Shown here piece by piece: positions 40,206-51,877 of a stretch of 64,000 bases of DNA. Below the pieces are notes generated by a model. It worked only from the letters and a program-made list of their open reading frames with translations, was not told where the DNA came from and did not search any database. The stretch lies in the NCBI GenBank assembly GCA_002633005.1, contig NMRA01000032.1, positions 62,001 to 126,000 on the forward strand, given 5' to 3'. Each line of letters opens with the position of its first letter. The first letter of the stretch is position 1. The position numbers and the translations under genes were made by a program. Origin of the DNA: Phoronis australis (taxonomy: Eukaryota; Animalia; Phoronida).

Positions 40206-42562
40206 CTAGACTTTTGATTCAATCATCTGTTTGGTTTCCTCAGTCGCATTGCTCAACGTCCTTCCTAAACCTGGCTCTATTTCCGAGCAGATGTCACCGT
40301 TTGATGCGTTACATGGACGCTTACGTGTGCACTTTGACCGAATGCTGCAATGAAACAACAGGCTGTGGACGAATTTTGTCAATAGAGGGCAGCTTCAACA
40401 TATGTAATACCAATTGAGAGGCTGCCTGGAAATTTAGATTTGACACCTTGCGGGGTGCAGTTACCAATAATAGCTCCCCTTAAGCAGAAAACCTTCTCGT
40501 GTTCAAATTGGAAACAATAGTCCTTTCAATGCAACTGCCAAAACAAATTTTGATTTTTTCGCAGCCAGGCAAGGTGAAGTGGGATAAGAGTAAAGTACTG
40601 TTTGGTAACACACGTTTCCAGAATTATCAAGTTGATCAGCATTTGGGCGCGGAACATCCGGATCATTTTGATTATTTCCAGAGTCATCAGAACAGTTGGG
40701 AGTTTAAAGCTTAAATATGCCGAGAATTCAGTTTATGTTTAACAATAAAGCGTCATCCAACAATATCAAACTGCCATTGCAAAATCTCCTGCAGCTGTTA
40801 CCGAGTGTGGATTATACTAACAACCTTCGTTAGCTTCATTGTACTCCCCCATTGATTTTGGTTAGTTCATTGGTGATAGCACATGCTTCGATTGAAGTTA
40901 CACAGGTAATAGTTCGATTTAATTGTCCATTTGCCCAAGGACATTTTTGTTCGGCTGCCTATTTTTGTTCTAAAGGCCCCACCAATTAGTAAACAATGGA
41001 TAAACCAAATTCGCTTTGTCCTTTGGAGACTTCGACCATCTAACAAATGATTAGCCTACGTCAGTGCTCCACGGCGTCCTAGTTATGACCCGTGCAGTTC
41101 CGACAGTCAGCAGCAATGTGAGTTGCAGTGTTCGAAAATTTCGGCATTCTTTCTCATGGGTTAATGGACCCCCAGATTTATGGGACTTTGCCGGACCAAC
41201 GAGAGATTTACACAGTTTTGTAGCACCACTTACTTACTGTACTATGCATCTCAAATGAGCATACTTCCTTCAGCTCCCAGGGGCGGATCCAGGATTTTGA
41301 GTTAAAGGGGTCAGGGCAGAGTATTAGCCAGGATTTTGCCGCCCGTCAGACATTCACACCCCCGTACTGCCAAATGGAATCTGGGAGAATTTTAGGGGGG
41401 GGGGCATGGCCCCATTGGCCCCCTTCTAAATCTGCCATTGGCTCAATTAAACCTTAACTGATCTCGAATAACGTTTTAAATCTGTGAATAATTTTTCTTA
41501 CAGCAAAGGGATCTTCCTCGTGAATTGAAATTCACATGCAGAAGAAGCACATGAAAGATCTAGGCCAAGTCTCAAGATTTTCTTTCTTGGTTCGGTCCCT
41601 ACCAATCGCGCTATTGCGAAGGGCCTGAACGACAAGTTACAACATTTCCTCAGGACAAACGGTCTCTTTTACAACATCTACCTGTATAAAAGGGATGTTG
41701 ACTTGAACACCTCCAGATGCTCTAAAGAGTCGGGGAGGCTTAGGTGCTTGGTCTCGGGAAGAAGTGTACACAGCAAGGTCGCAGCCAAAGAGCAAGTGCC
41801 GAATATGAGTAAAGGCGTTTCCGGTGTAGTGATGCCACCCTGCAAAGAACACCGTGAAGGGACTCGGAGAGTTTGCGTGACGTGCATCGTAATACCTACG
41901 TTATCTAGGCAGATATTTGATTTGTAAGCCAGTCAACGGTAGACTTTAACGTGCAGTCCTGAAAAACTTAATGCAGCTCACTGCCACTAATAGATTCACA
42001 AGTGCAGTCACAGAATGAGACATGTAAGTAGGCCAAGCAATTAGTTCAACAACTTCAATTAATTCACAAAATGTACCTTAAGCACAGGCCACATAGTTTC
42101 TTAATTCATGTGAAAACGTTTGATTATACTTGCAGGCAAACGAGTGACAAATAACAAACATATGTGTCCGATGTAACAATGTTTGTAGCTAACACCGATA
42201 CATGTACATGTATTTTCGCATTCAACGACAGTATGCGTCAAGTGCGACACCAAACGTCACAAAAGGCGACAGCACAGCATGTATGAAGCTAATTTGCTAG
42301 TTGCTCATAAGTCAACAAGGTGATCGTGTCAATAATATCAGTAGCGATGGACACGACGATGATTACAGCGCCTAATAGTGTCGATGACGATTTTACAACG
42401 ATGATGCAGGTAAATGACGTCGATGCCAATGAAAACTGTGTGATTTTGTCGATGACGTCGTTGGAGATGGTACGGAAGGGTCCCTGACGTCGGTGGCCAT
42501 GGAAAAGGCGACGGTGACTCAGATGGTGTCAGTGAAGATGGTGATGATGTTGACGATGGTGG

Positions 42563-42597
<35 letters not shown>

Positions 42598-45500
42598 GTG
42601 ATAACGATGATGGAGAAGATGACGATTATTATGATGATGGTGATCATGATGACAACTATGGATGTGGGACCATGGACATAAATACCAGCATAGCCATGAA
42701 CGGTGCTGCAACCATTCCCACTCGAGCCGTCATGGAGCTAAACCCAATCCCCGTCGTGCGAACTGCTGTAGGGTATAACTCAGAAGTGTAGACGAAAAGC
42801 ATTCCGAAAACAGCCGATATGGCGAACTTGCCAACCATAGACAGGGCTATCATGGCGGTGTTGTTTTCTGCAAATGAATATTTGGGAGAAAACAAGAATG
42901 TGCTAAGATTGCATATTATCTTCTTGTGTGAAGGCCAATCATTGTCTTTTCAGCGATTTGGTGAAAATTGAAGCATAATGTTTTCTTCTTTATACCAGAT
43001 ACCTACATTTATTCAACTATCGTTTTATAAAAAGCAAAACATGTAATGCTGAGCACCGTGCATAAGTCGATCGAGGAATAACTACAGGTGAGAAATACTG
43101 TACGCAAATCAAGAAGATAAGTCAATGGAGCTGTGCGATGCACAGAGTGTCACACTGTACCTTGGTAGACAGAGACCATGATTCGACCAAGCCACTTAAG
43201 GTATGACGGATGTCAAATGCAAACCTGGCGAACAGACCTCTGTTCATGTGCCCCAAAAGAGTACTTTTCAATACCTTACGTACATGCACGCAATGAAACC
43301 GTCGCTCCACGTAACTTAAAGCACATTTTTTTGTTTGGGCACCTATGACCTTGCTTATCAGGTGCAGATTATAAAAGATCACAACTTTCCTATCTTAGCT
43401 ATTTTTGTAGACAAAATGTCTCCTGACAGTTCCTGAATCTGCGCCTGAATTCGGAGGATGTTACGTACATGTAAACAACAGTTTCTTGAGAGCGAGTGAA
43501 AAATCACGCCTGTCCTAGAACTTACCAGTTGTGACGAAGAAACAAGCATAGAGGCACACGCTTGCCAAAAAGAAGCATACCGCGTGCGACATCTTGCGGC
43601 CGATCTTATTCAGCATCAGAATGCTAAGGCCATAGGCCGGAATCTCCACCGCTCCCGACAAGGCCATGTTGATGTAAGGATTCCCTCCCAGATTAGACGT
43701 ATTCATTGATAGTCCAAAGTATACCAAACTTGTGCAGAACCTATGGAAAATGTAATGAGATACGAAAGAGAAAACTAAAGGGAAGACGGGTAAATAACGA
43801 AGAAATAGCAAATGCCATTGGGATATTAATTTACATTCACATTTCCAAGTCACTTCTTGACACCTAAAGTGAAAAATGGTTCAGTCATCGCCATTCTCAA
43901 ATAAACTGAGGATCTTCATCGCGCACACTAGCAAAATAGCTTCCGACCCAGAAGTGACTGTTCGATGAGGCCAAAACATTGAATTATGGGAGAAAGATGT
44001 AAGGGAACACAATGTAATTTCCTTCTCAAAAGCTAAAGTGAAAAGTCCTGCCAATGTCTTGTGATACAGAACGCAGCACAGATTAATTCTTTGACAGTAT
44101 GAATGCTTTACAGAAATGTCATCTACGTGCAGGAAAACTGTGTGGTCGGGAGGTTTTGAAAGCATGTGGCATACCATAGAGTGGCGCTGATAATAGTAAA
44201 GTAAACCATCATTGGATATCGCACCACGGCTGCTACACCGAGTTTATCCTGAAAAACAGAAGCCAAATTTTGCAATTTTGTTTGATAGATAACGATCAAG
44301 TTATTGTGCATGGGAAATTCATAACTGGTTTATCAAGGATACTACATGTATACCCATTTTTGATGTGTTCATAGATATTACCAACGAGATTACCATCCGG
44401 CTCTAATAAACAAAATAAAGAGCACAGTCGTCAATCAACCCTCAGAAATTTGCTACACCGGAGGGCGTGACCTTCGCTTTAGGTGATGTACCAGACAACT
44501 GTAGGGAAAGGCTACCAACCAATAACCACAATATCTATTCTTTGACGTAGTGAGTGTAAATGTTATAGTTGGACCCTGTGATATGTTAAAAGAAAGTGAC
44601 TTGATACTTAAAGATACCCGTCCGCTTCGTCCCAGCTAAAAACTTCAAAAAACGGATATGACGCAGTTCAGTCGAAAATCAATGCCAAATAATGCTCATT
44701 CAACACCACTTCAAATATTTTCAAACTTAACTGAATTTAATATAAAATATTTGGTTGTAAACCACCAGCTAAAATGGCCGCCGTATTGAGTGACTCATGC
44801 ATTATAAGAACTCACTCAACTGTGTAATGAGGTTTCCGAGGAAACCCCGACCTTTTTAACAAAAACAAATATAAAAATAAAAGTAATAGTAAAATAAGGC
44901 AAACTCAAACGGGCGAAAGTTTTGAAATGTTTGTATTTCAGTCGTGTCTTTTGACTGAAGAAATTCATTGTTGAGTGTAAAGTAAAGAGTATATCCACAG
45001 TAGACAGAACATTTGCCTTACACTCCTACATCGCTATTGCTGAATAAATTAATTATGAGCCCACCACATTCTGGAAATAATTCCTATTAGTAATCTCAGT
45101 AACCAGGACTTATGTGGAACATTCAAAGAATTCACACTTTTGCTCTGAAAGCGCGTAAGACCCCCTTCAGTTACGTTTCATGAAACAGACCTCGCCAGTG
45201 ATGCGTTAACTAGGGATCGAATAAGGATTGGCTGAAATAACCAAAACAGGTAGTGCCCTGTGAAGAATACATGTAGTTTAGAGTTTGTGAGATAGAAGTG
45301 GGAAGGAGAAAGGGCGTGATTGAGGGACTGCAGTAAAGACACGAGACTTCATCCAACCCGATTGAAGGTAGCGAAAACAACACCCCATGATTTAGACTTA
45401 ACGCCGCGGCTATAAACAGGCCTTCCGTCAAAACACTAACTTTTAATCTTGGACATTTACCGCGATTAATCTGGTTCAGATTGTTCCATCGCATATCAGA

Positions 45501-48500
45501 GATTGGGAACAACCGACACGTTTCTATTGTTTGCCATCAAGACCGACTCGGCGGGTCATTTTACGAATAAGCCTGGTCTCTGACAGTAACTGTCTTTCTT
45601 TCACTTGATACCATACTTCATCTGTGCAAGGAACGAGGTGAAACCAATTTTAGGGTACAGATTGACCTAAATCTATAATAATGTTTTACATCCGAAAACA
45701 CTGGGTAACGTTATTCCGATTGGTTGAAATCTGCATGGGAAACCCCTTTCAGTTACGTAGTATGGACACCACCTTTGACTTGAATAGTTGCGATTTAGTA
45801 AAACAGGCAGTGACAGAAGTAAAGAAAGTCAACTTAGGAAACACCGATCCAGAGGCTTAAGCCCAAACAAGTACAGTGCATAGAAGGCGTGTGCAAGTGA
45901 TGGCGATGGGATCGGTAAACTTTCGACCAAGCATGCGCATTGATGTCCACACACGGAATTCCGTGTGTCGCTCAGGGCCATTTTTCAGTATAGGTGGCGC
46001 TGTGTCAGAGGGTATGTATATCGTGGCTTCTGTTTAAAGAAATGTGTATGGGTAAAAGTTGGAGGGCCCGACAAAACGGCCGTTGCATCCGCTATCTTCA
46101 AATTACAATGGTTAATCAGAGTTCAAGTGTAATTTCTAAAACAAAATGGCAGCTACATGCGCCATCTTGGACCTGATTGTGATGGTAAGCTGTAATGAAT
46201 TGAAGAGTTGCAAGTTGAAAGTAAATTGCACGTCAATCAGACGAGACATACTTTAATGTGGCGTGATAACAAACAAAATTCTTCACAACTGAGAGGTAAA
46301 TATCATTTGCTCACTTCCGGTGGTCGAACGTAGACCTTGGTCTTCACAAAATCCACATCTTTCCCATTCGTTCGCGCAATGTCAGCCATTATTTTCGTTG
46401 CGTCTGTTATCTGGCCTCTTTGTAGTAACCATCTCGGAGATTCCGGTATAAACCTAGAGGTAAAAAAGCAGTTTTACAACTTTGGAACAAATTTAAACTG
46501 TGTCTTTTAAGAAGTAACAGGACCTACTCATTCAATTAATTGCATTATATGTTTTTCGTTATTCTGCCCTAATTTTAAACAATGAAACAACTCCGCCCCA
46601 CTTTGTCAGTTTAAACCATTTGGCACGCTATACATTTGTACAACCTTTCCAAGTAAGTACTGAACAGCAATGCAATTTGATGGATCCTTAGTGTGTTGGA
46701 AAACACTTTTCCCGTAAATAAATACTCAGGAAGCGGAATCTGATAAATTGTCCGAATACTTGTTACAGTATAGGATCGCTTTTGATGTAGTGCTTAGCTG
46801 CTGTTCCCATGGTACCAAAGCATACATGTATCCTCTTTTGTGTAGTCCCATGACATTTTATTACGTGACAGATACACACATTATGGAGGTTAATGCAACT
46901 GCCATCTAGGAAAGAATAAGGCACTTCTCCTGGAATTGTCTCAATACCACTAATCTAGCAACTATAAAAATTGAACTGATAGATGTTACGTTTACACGCC
47001 TAAAACACCGTCAGTGGAGCAAAGGAAAAGTACATGCATAATTCAAATCTTATTTTAGATGATTTGCCCTCTGACCCTTAATGCTAATATGTAGAACTAT
47101 TTTTTCATGTTTGAACTTTAAATTTAAATGTTAATTGGAAGCCAAAACACACGTAAATACAACCGCAATTCATTCCCTCGTTTGGCATATGCCGGTTCAG
47201 CAAGTTTAACCAGCTAAGACATCTGATTGGTTTGCAAACCGCGGTAGTCAAAACCGATAGCCAATCAGTTCTGCCGGGACAGTTCATGTGACTGACTAGA
47301 AATGCACAGAGAGTGAACGAAGTGCATGGTACCAGCTCTGGACACGTTGTAAGCAAGGTTTTTAAACTGTCGTCTTTATAACTGACTTTCGAAATAGCCG
47401 CGCCATATTGAAATTCATTAACCCGCTGGACGGCGATCGGGTCTTTGGTAGACAGGTGATGTTCAGTGCTGACTACGTACGGCAGGTTTCAATGAATGGC
47501 ATTTTAACACCTTTCTTGCTATTATAATACCGACAAATTTCCACTGCTGTGCGGTGGGATGTACCAATGCGTTACGAAAACGGGCAATTTTTTGAAATGT
47601 CAATTCAAGAGCAAGGACGTCCTGTTTCATACAATCCCACTGCGAAGATCCGCGACAAAGTCAGTGGCTGACACTGATCACAAAGAGGGCGAATTTCGAT
47701 CTCATAGGGGGTCAAAAAGCTAAACTAAATTAGAAAACTTTAATGAATAAAGGAATGGGAGGGGCTGTCAATAGAGTTTATTCCTCTATATGGGAAAATT
47801 GAATTTCAATCCACCAAACCTAAATCGGCATCAATCGGAAATCACTTTCGTGCTCTCTGTACCCTAGAGAGCGCGAATACGAAAAATCCATGATCACTAA
47901 ACAGGAACAAGGCCACAAAACAATTAACAGTTGAGCGTTTGGTTATCAGAGTTGCCACTTTGTTGCCAAACTGTTGCCGCAGGTGAAAATTTAAGCTAAA
48001 ACCTAATCATATTTCTATTCAGATCATCAAACTCCAACCGTCGGACGATCATCATCCCGACGGTAAATTTTTACTTGTATAGGGTTCCTCGTGGCAATGG
48101 CTGTGGAGGTTAGTTTGGTAAAACGTGATGTCCAAGCGGTGATTGAATTAGGTAACGACCAACGAACGAGTGTGCACGTGTTGACGAAAGGGTTGCTGAA
48201 TGTTACTGTCCCTGGTCGAGTGGACTACCACACTTATCAAAAGACTGGCCTCAAAAATGCAGACCAATGATAAAAATTACCGTGCAACTACGAAGAGAAA
48301 TAATAACGCCGGCATGGATATGACAAGTTGTAGAATAAACCAGTTCTGGATGACGTAAGCCAGACCGGTTAGTACAAGGAACCCGGCCGCCCAGTAAAAG
48401 TTGATGGCTATCCCTGCAAATTCCCTAAAGTCCGGCCCAACCATTTCCATTCCTGAAAGTGTATAACAAAATTGGCTAGCGTGGAGGAATTGAGCCCAAC

Positions 48501-49320
48501 AGAACTGAGCTAAATTTCCCTTGGCACTGGGTTCAATTTCATATTGTGCTGCGTTGCTGCAAAATGAATGCCGCCCGAACCGTGCGTCCATGAGTTCGGT
48601 TATGAGGGTCAAGTGCGAGCGACATGTCATGTATATAATCCATATCTCATCAAATTTTAATATCTGGTTCAAATCCAGCACATCATTTAAAAAAAAGCTT
48701 TGTCTATTAAAATAAATTTGAAGTATCCCTAATCATCGTCAACTAATCAATTGAAATGTCTTTAATTAGAATCAGTTGCAATACCCAGCTCATTTCAAGA
48801 CCGTCCGATCTTACTGACCAATTACATAAGCCGTTTCGTAAGTGCCCGTGTCTGATGCCGCCAACAGAAGTCGTCCAATAAGATAACTGACTGGTTCTGG
48901 CGCGAACGCCCCAACCGACCCAAATAAGGCGCTCATGACTAAAGAAGCCAGCAGTGTCTTTTTCCTTCCAAACCTGCAACGTATTTCGCTTGATGCCAAT
49001 CGACAGTCGATTATATAAACAATGAATATATATTGACATTGGAATNNNNNNNNNNNNNNNNNNNNNNNNNNNNNNNNNNNNNNNNNNNNNNNNNNNNNNN
49101 NNNNNNNNNNNNNNNNNNNNNNNNNNNNNNNNNNNNNNNNNNNNNNNNNNNNNNNNNNNNNNNNNNNNNNNNNNNNNNNNNNNNNNNNNNNNNNNNNNNN
49201 NNNNNNNNNNNNNNNNNNNNNNNNNNNNNNNNNNNNNNNNNNNNNNNNNNNNNNNNNNNNNNNNNNNNNNNNNNNNNNNNNNNNNNNNNNNNNNNNNNNN
49301 NNNNNNNNNNNNNNNNNNNN

Positions 49321-49380
<60 letters not shown>

Positions 49381-51877
49381 CATTAATTTCACGGATTTCA
49401 TGACAATCCCGCGCTACAAAGAAAGCTGTCAGCTAGGAATTTTAGTTCTTTCCATGTAGTGGATCGCCTTAATGTCGTCCGATGCTTTCCTCGCAGCGTT
49501 ACGTACTGGTCGAATAGAGATGATGATGATGATGCTTTCAAAATCTGTCTTTTAGTCACCTCTGTAACCATCTGTGATGGATGTCTTGAGCAACAGGACT
49601 GGAGTTGTTGGCCAGATGAGTTTTAAGCTTGAATATAGTCATCGGAGGTACAGTGTACCTGCTGTTGGGCAGTAGAATCTCCAAAAGTGCATAAGTTGGT
49701 CGTTTCTCTAGGAGCGTGGTCAGTATCAACATTCAAGCGCTGGGCGGCTCTGACGGTTAGAAACGTTCGTTGCGAACCTTCATCAAATAAAACATTTACC
49801 TTAGTGTGACGCCCCTCTCTCTCAATGTTGGCAGCGGCAGTGTTCAACAAAACTGGCCCTGCTGTGAGTGCCAGGTTCACCTGGGCATTCGGAGTGGTGC
49901 TCGATGGTTGGCGGTTGGCGTGGGTTCGCTTTTTTTGGTTGGCTGGCGTGCAACCTATTGTCGGGCAGTTGCAGCTTGGGGCGTTGTACTCTCGGAGTCG
50001 GGTGTCTAGCAGGTGACGTGGTGGTGATCGGGGTCGGTGATAGTTTCTTGGTTTTGGCGAGAAATCTGGTCGCGTGGAAAATGGTCTCCAGCACAGTGGA
50101 CATGAAGACATCGGTACTGATGATTTCGTCTTCTGTGGCATTCTCGCCATCAAGCAGGTTGATAATGCTGGCTGGTATCGAGCATTTCTAGCTGAGTTCT
50201 CTTGGTGTGTTTCTGGTTTAGAATCATCTCCAGGTCGGCAACAGGGTCAGATGGAGTCGCAGTCATGAAGTGGGTGGCACAATCAATGAGCTTCATGAGT
50301 CCTCTGTGCGCACCGCGTACTTTCCTCTGTTTGGCCAGTTGTGGTTCCATCTTCGCACAGGTCACAGCACCAAGCAATGTACTATAACACAACTGGCAAT
50401 AGCAAGATGAGGACTTTCTTTATAAAACAAGTGAGCGAATTTATTAACAAGTTACAAAGATGTGGGTTGCATGCACCAAACTTCTACAGGAAATAACAGT
50501 AAACAACTCTAAGAACTTTCACAATAATCATCAGAACTATTCTGTTGTGTTTGCCATATATGGTAATGGTCAGCTGTCTTCAGGGTCGGATCCAGGATTT
50601 TGAGTTAGAGGGGGGCCAGGGCAGCATATTAGAAAGGATTTTGCTCATCAGACATTCGCCATGGCCCCCTTGGCTCCCCTCTAAATCCGCCACTGGTCTT
50701 TAGGCTATGATTCTGTGAATGACCATTACATAATCTTGTTTATTACAGTGTTCATCAAAACATGTGTGGACACACCGGATGGATCGGTTGCTGACTCTGC
50801 TGACAGCCAAAACAAGTTACTATAAACACAAACAATTTGTTAGAAAAGAAATAATATTAATAATAATGTCAAACTAACATACGAAGTAATATATATATCA
50901 TGAATTTCACGGATTTCATGACACCTAAGTGTCTAGGGAGGGTCACTAAAATAATTCAATTTTGCTTGCATACTTCTATCATGACTGTCATGAAGCCTGA
51001 AATTTATCTCGACAGTAAAAATACTTGATTGCGATAGTAACGATACCAATTCAGCTTAGCCACACCCTTAAGTTTCAGCAAAAAGTCATCCATAAACTCT
51101 GGGCAAGATTGCCAACTTATAACTCTCGAATTTGCTCTCAAATCTGGAATTGTTAATTTTGACTGGTAAAAGACCTGGTTACCATGACAACAGTGCATAT
51201 TTTAACATAGTTTCAAGTGAACACCATTTTCAAGTTATTTCAACATGATTGCCTGCATTTAAGCTCGTTAACATGTCGCCGAAACTCTCTAATATTAATT
51301 TTTCAATCTCATTTGCATTTTTGTCTTGCACCAGTATCGCACAAGTGAACTTTAATTCTAACAATGAACTCTTGACAGTCTCACTGAAGATAGCAATCAC
51401 GTCTGTTTGCACTCGTTTTGAAAGATGGAGAAGAAACCGACCTACCTCCGTAACTATGGTTTCACCATACTGAGTCAGGTCGTAGTTCCATGCCAAACAT
51501 CGTGAGGAATTCAAGTGGCCCGGCACAGGGTCTTGGTCGAAGGAAACTGTGCTTAATGAGTAATTGTCCTTCGTAGTATTCGGTGAAAATAAAGTGAAAG
51601 GCGCTTTGCTGAATGCGAGATCAGATCCATTGATCAATTGTTTTATGAAGGGTAGCTGACATTTCGAAGAATGGTTCCTCTGTTGCTGTGGGTCTGTCTG
51701 AGAAATATTCGATGATTGGTATTGGTCGATGCACCAATAATCGGGTACGGCTGCTAAAAAGACATAACTCATGGAGTTGAAAGCCCCTATGAGTCCCGCA
51801 AAGCAGAGCAAGAAATATCGCTGCCTCTGATATTTGCCGAACTGCCCAACGTTACGGATAAACTCGTCAAACTCCAT
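40206..51877 (-). CDS. SLC22-family organic cation/carnitine transporter (Orct-like, MFS); expected exon 2 not visible
   Basis: Exons, 5' to 3': 51877-51446, [missing phase 0-to-2 exon], 48973-48819, 48452-48281, 46453-46315, 44248-44175, 43740-43526, 42867-42686, 41839-41682, 40344-40206 (TAG). Motifs: FDEF...[66 protein letters not shown]. Confidence 0.9.
41278..41440. mobile_element. MITE of the CAG(T/G)GGCGGAT family (hAT5-like)
   Basis: caggggcggatccaggattttgagtta...ctaaatctgccattg; near-TSD gctcc/gctca; shares its body with the copy at 50581-50695. Confidence 0.7.
42531..42662. repeat. (GAT)n trinucleotide microsatellite in an SLC22 intron
   Basis: gatgatgatgat tract; it explains the poly-Met and poly-His ORFs 42493..42681 and 42529..42711. 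Confidence 0.95.
49046..49320. other. Assembly gap (275 N)
   Basis: Run of n characters, bordered on the right by (CA)n(TA)n. Confidence 0.99.
49321..49380. repeat. (CA)n(TA)n microsatellite
   Basis: acacacac...atatatat directly after the gap. Confidence 0.97.
50581..50695. mobile_element. MITE (hAT5-like) inserted in the 5' LTR
   Basis: cagggtcggatccaggattttgagtta...ctaaatccgccactg with 5-bp TSD gtctt/gtctt. Confidence 0.8.
51178..51191. promoter_or_regulatory. RFX X-box-like motif in SLC22 intron 1
   Basis: GTTACCATGACAAC fits the X-box consensus; function is not demonstrated. Confidence 0.25.

Larger units (their letters stand above)
49321..50923 (-). mobile_element. Internally deleted BEL/Pao LTR retrotransposon in the first SLC22 intron
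   Basis: Both LTRs begin tgtcatgaaatccgtgaaatt on - (at 50923 and 49405). The 5' LTR ends ...tagtaca at 50378 and is followed by PBS tggtgctgtgacc (50372-50360, tRNA-His-like). Coding fragments: gag start [24 protein letters not shown], aspartic protease VLLNTA...[12 protein letters not shown], and Pao-type C-tail [15 protein letters not shown]. The 3' LTR runs into the gap. Confidence 0.85.

Noticed and set aside
42493-42711. Poly-Met and poly-His ORFs
   Set aside because: They are translations of the (GAT)n microsatellite.
48743-49401. ORFs of 107-197 aa spanning the gap
   Set aside because: They are artefacts of the N run; only the SLC22 exon 48973-48819 is real.
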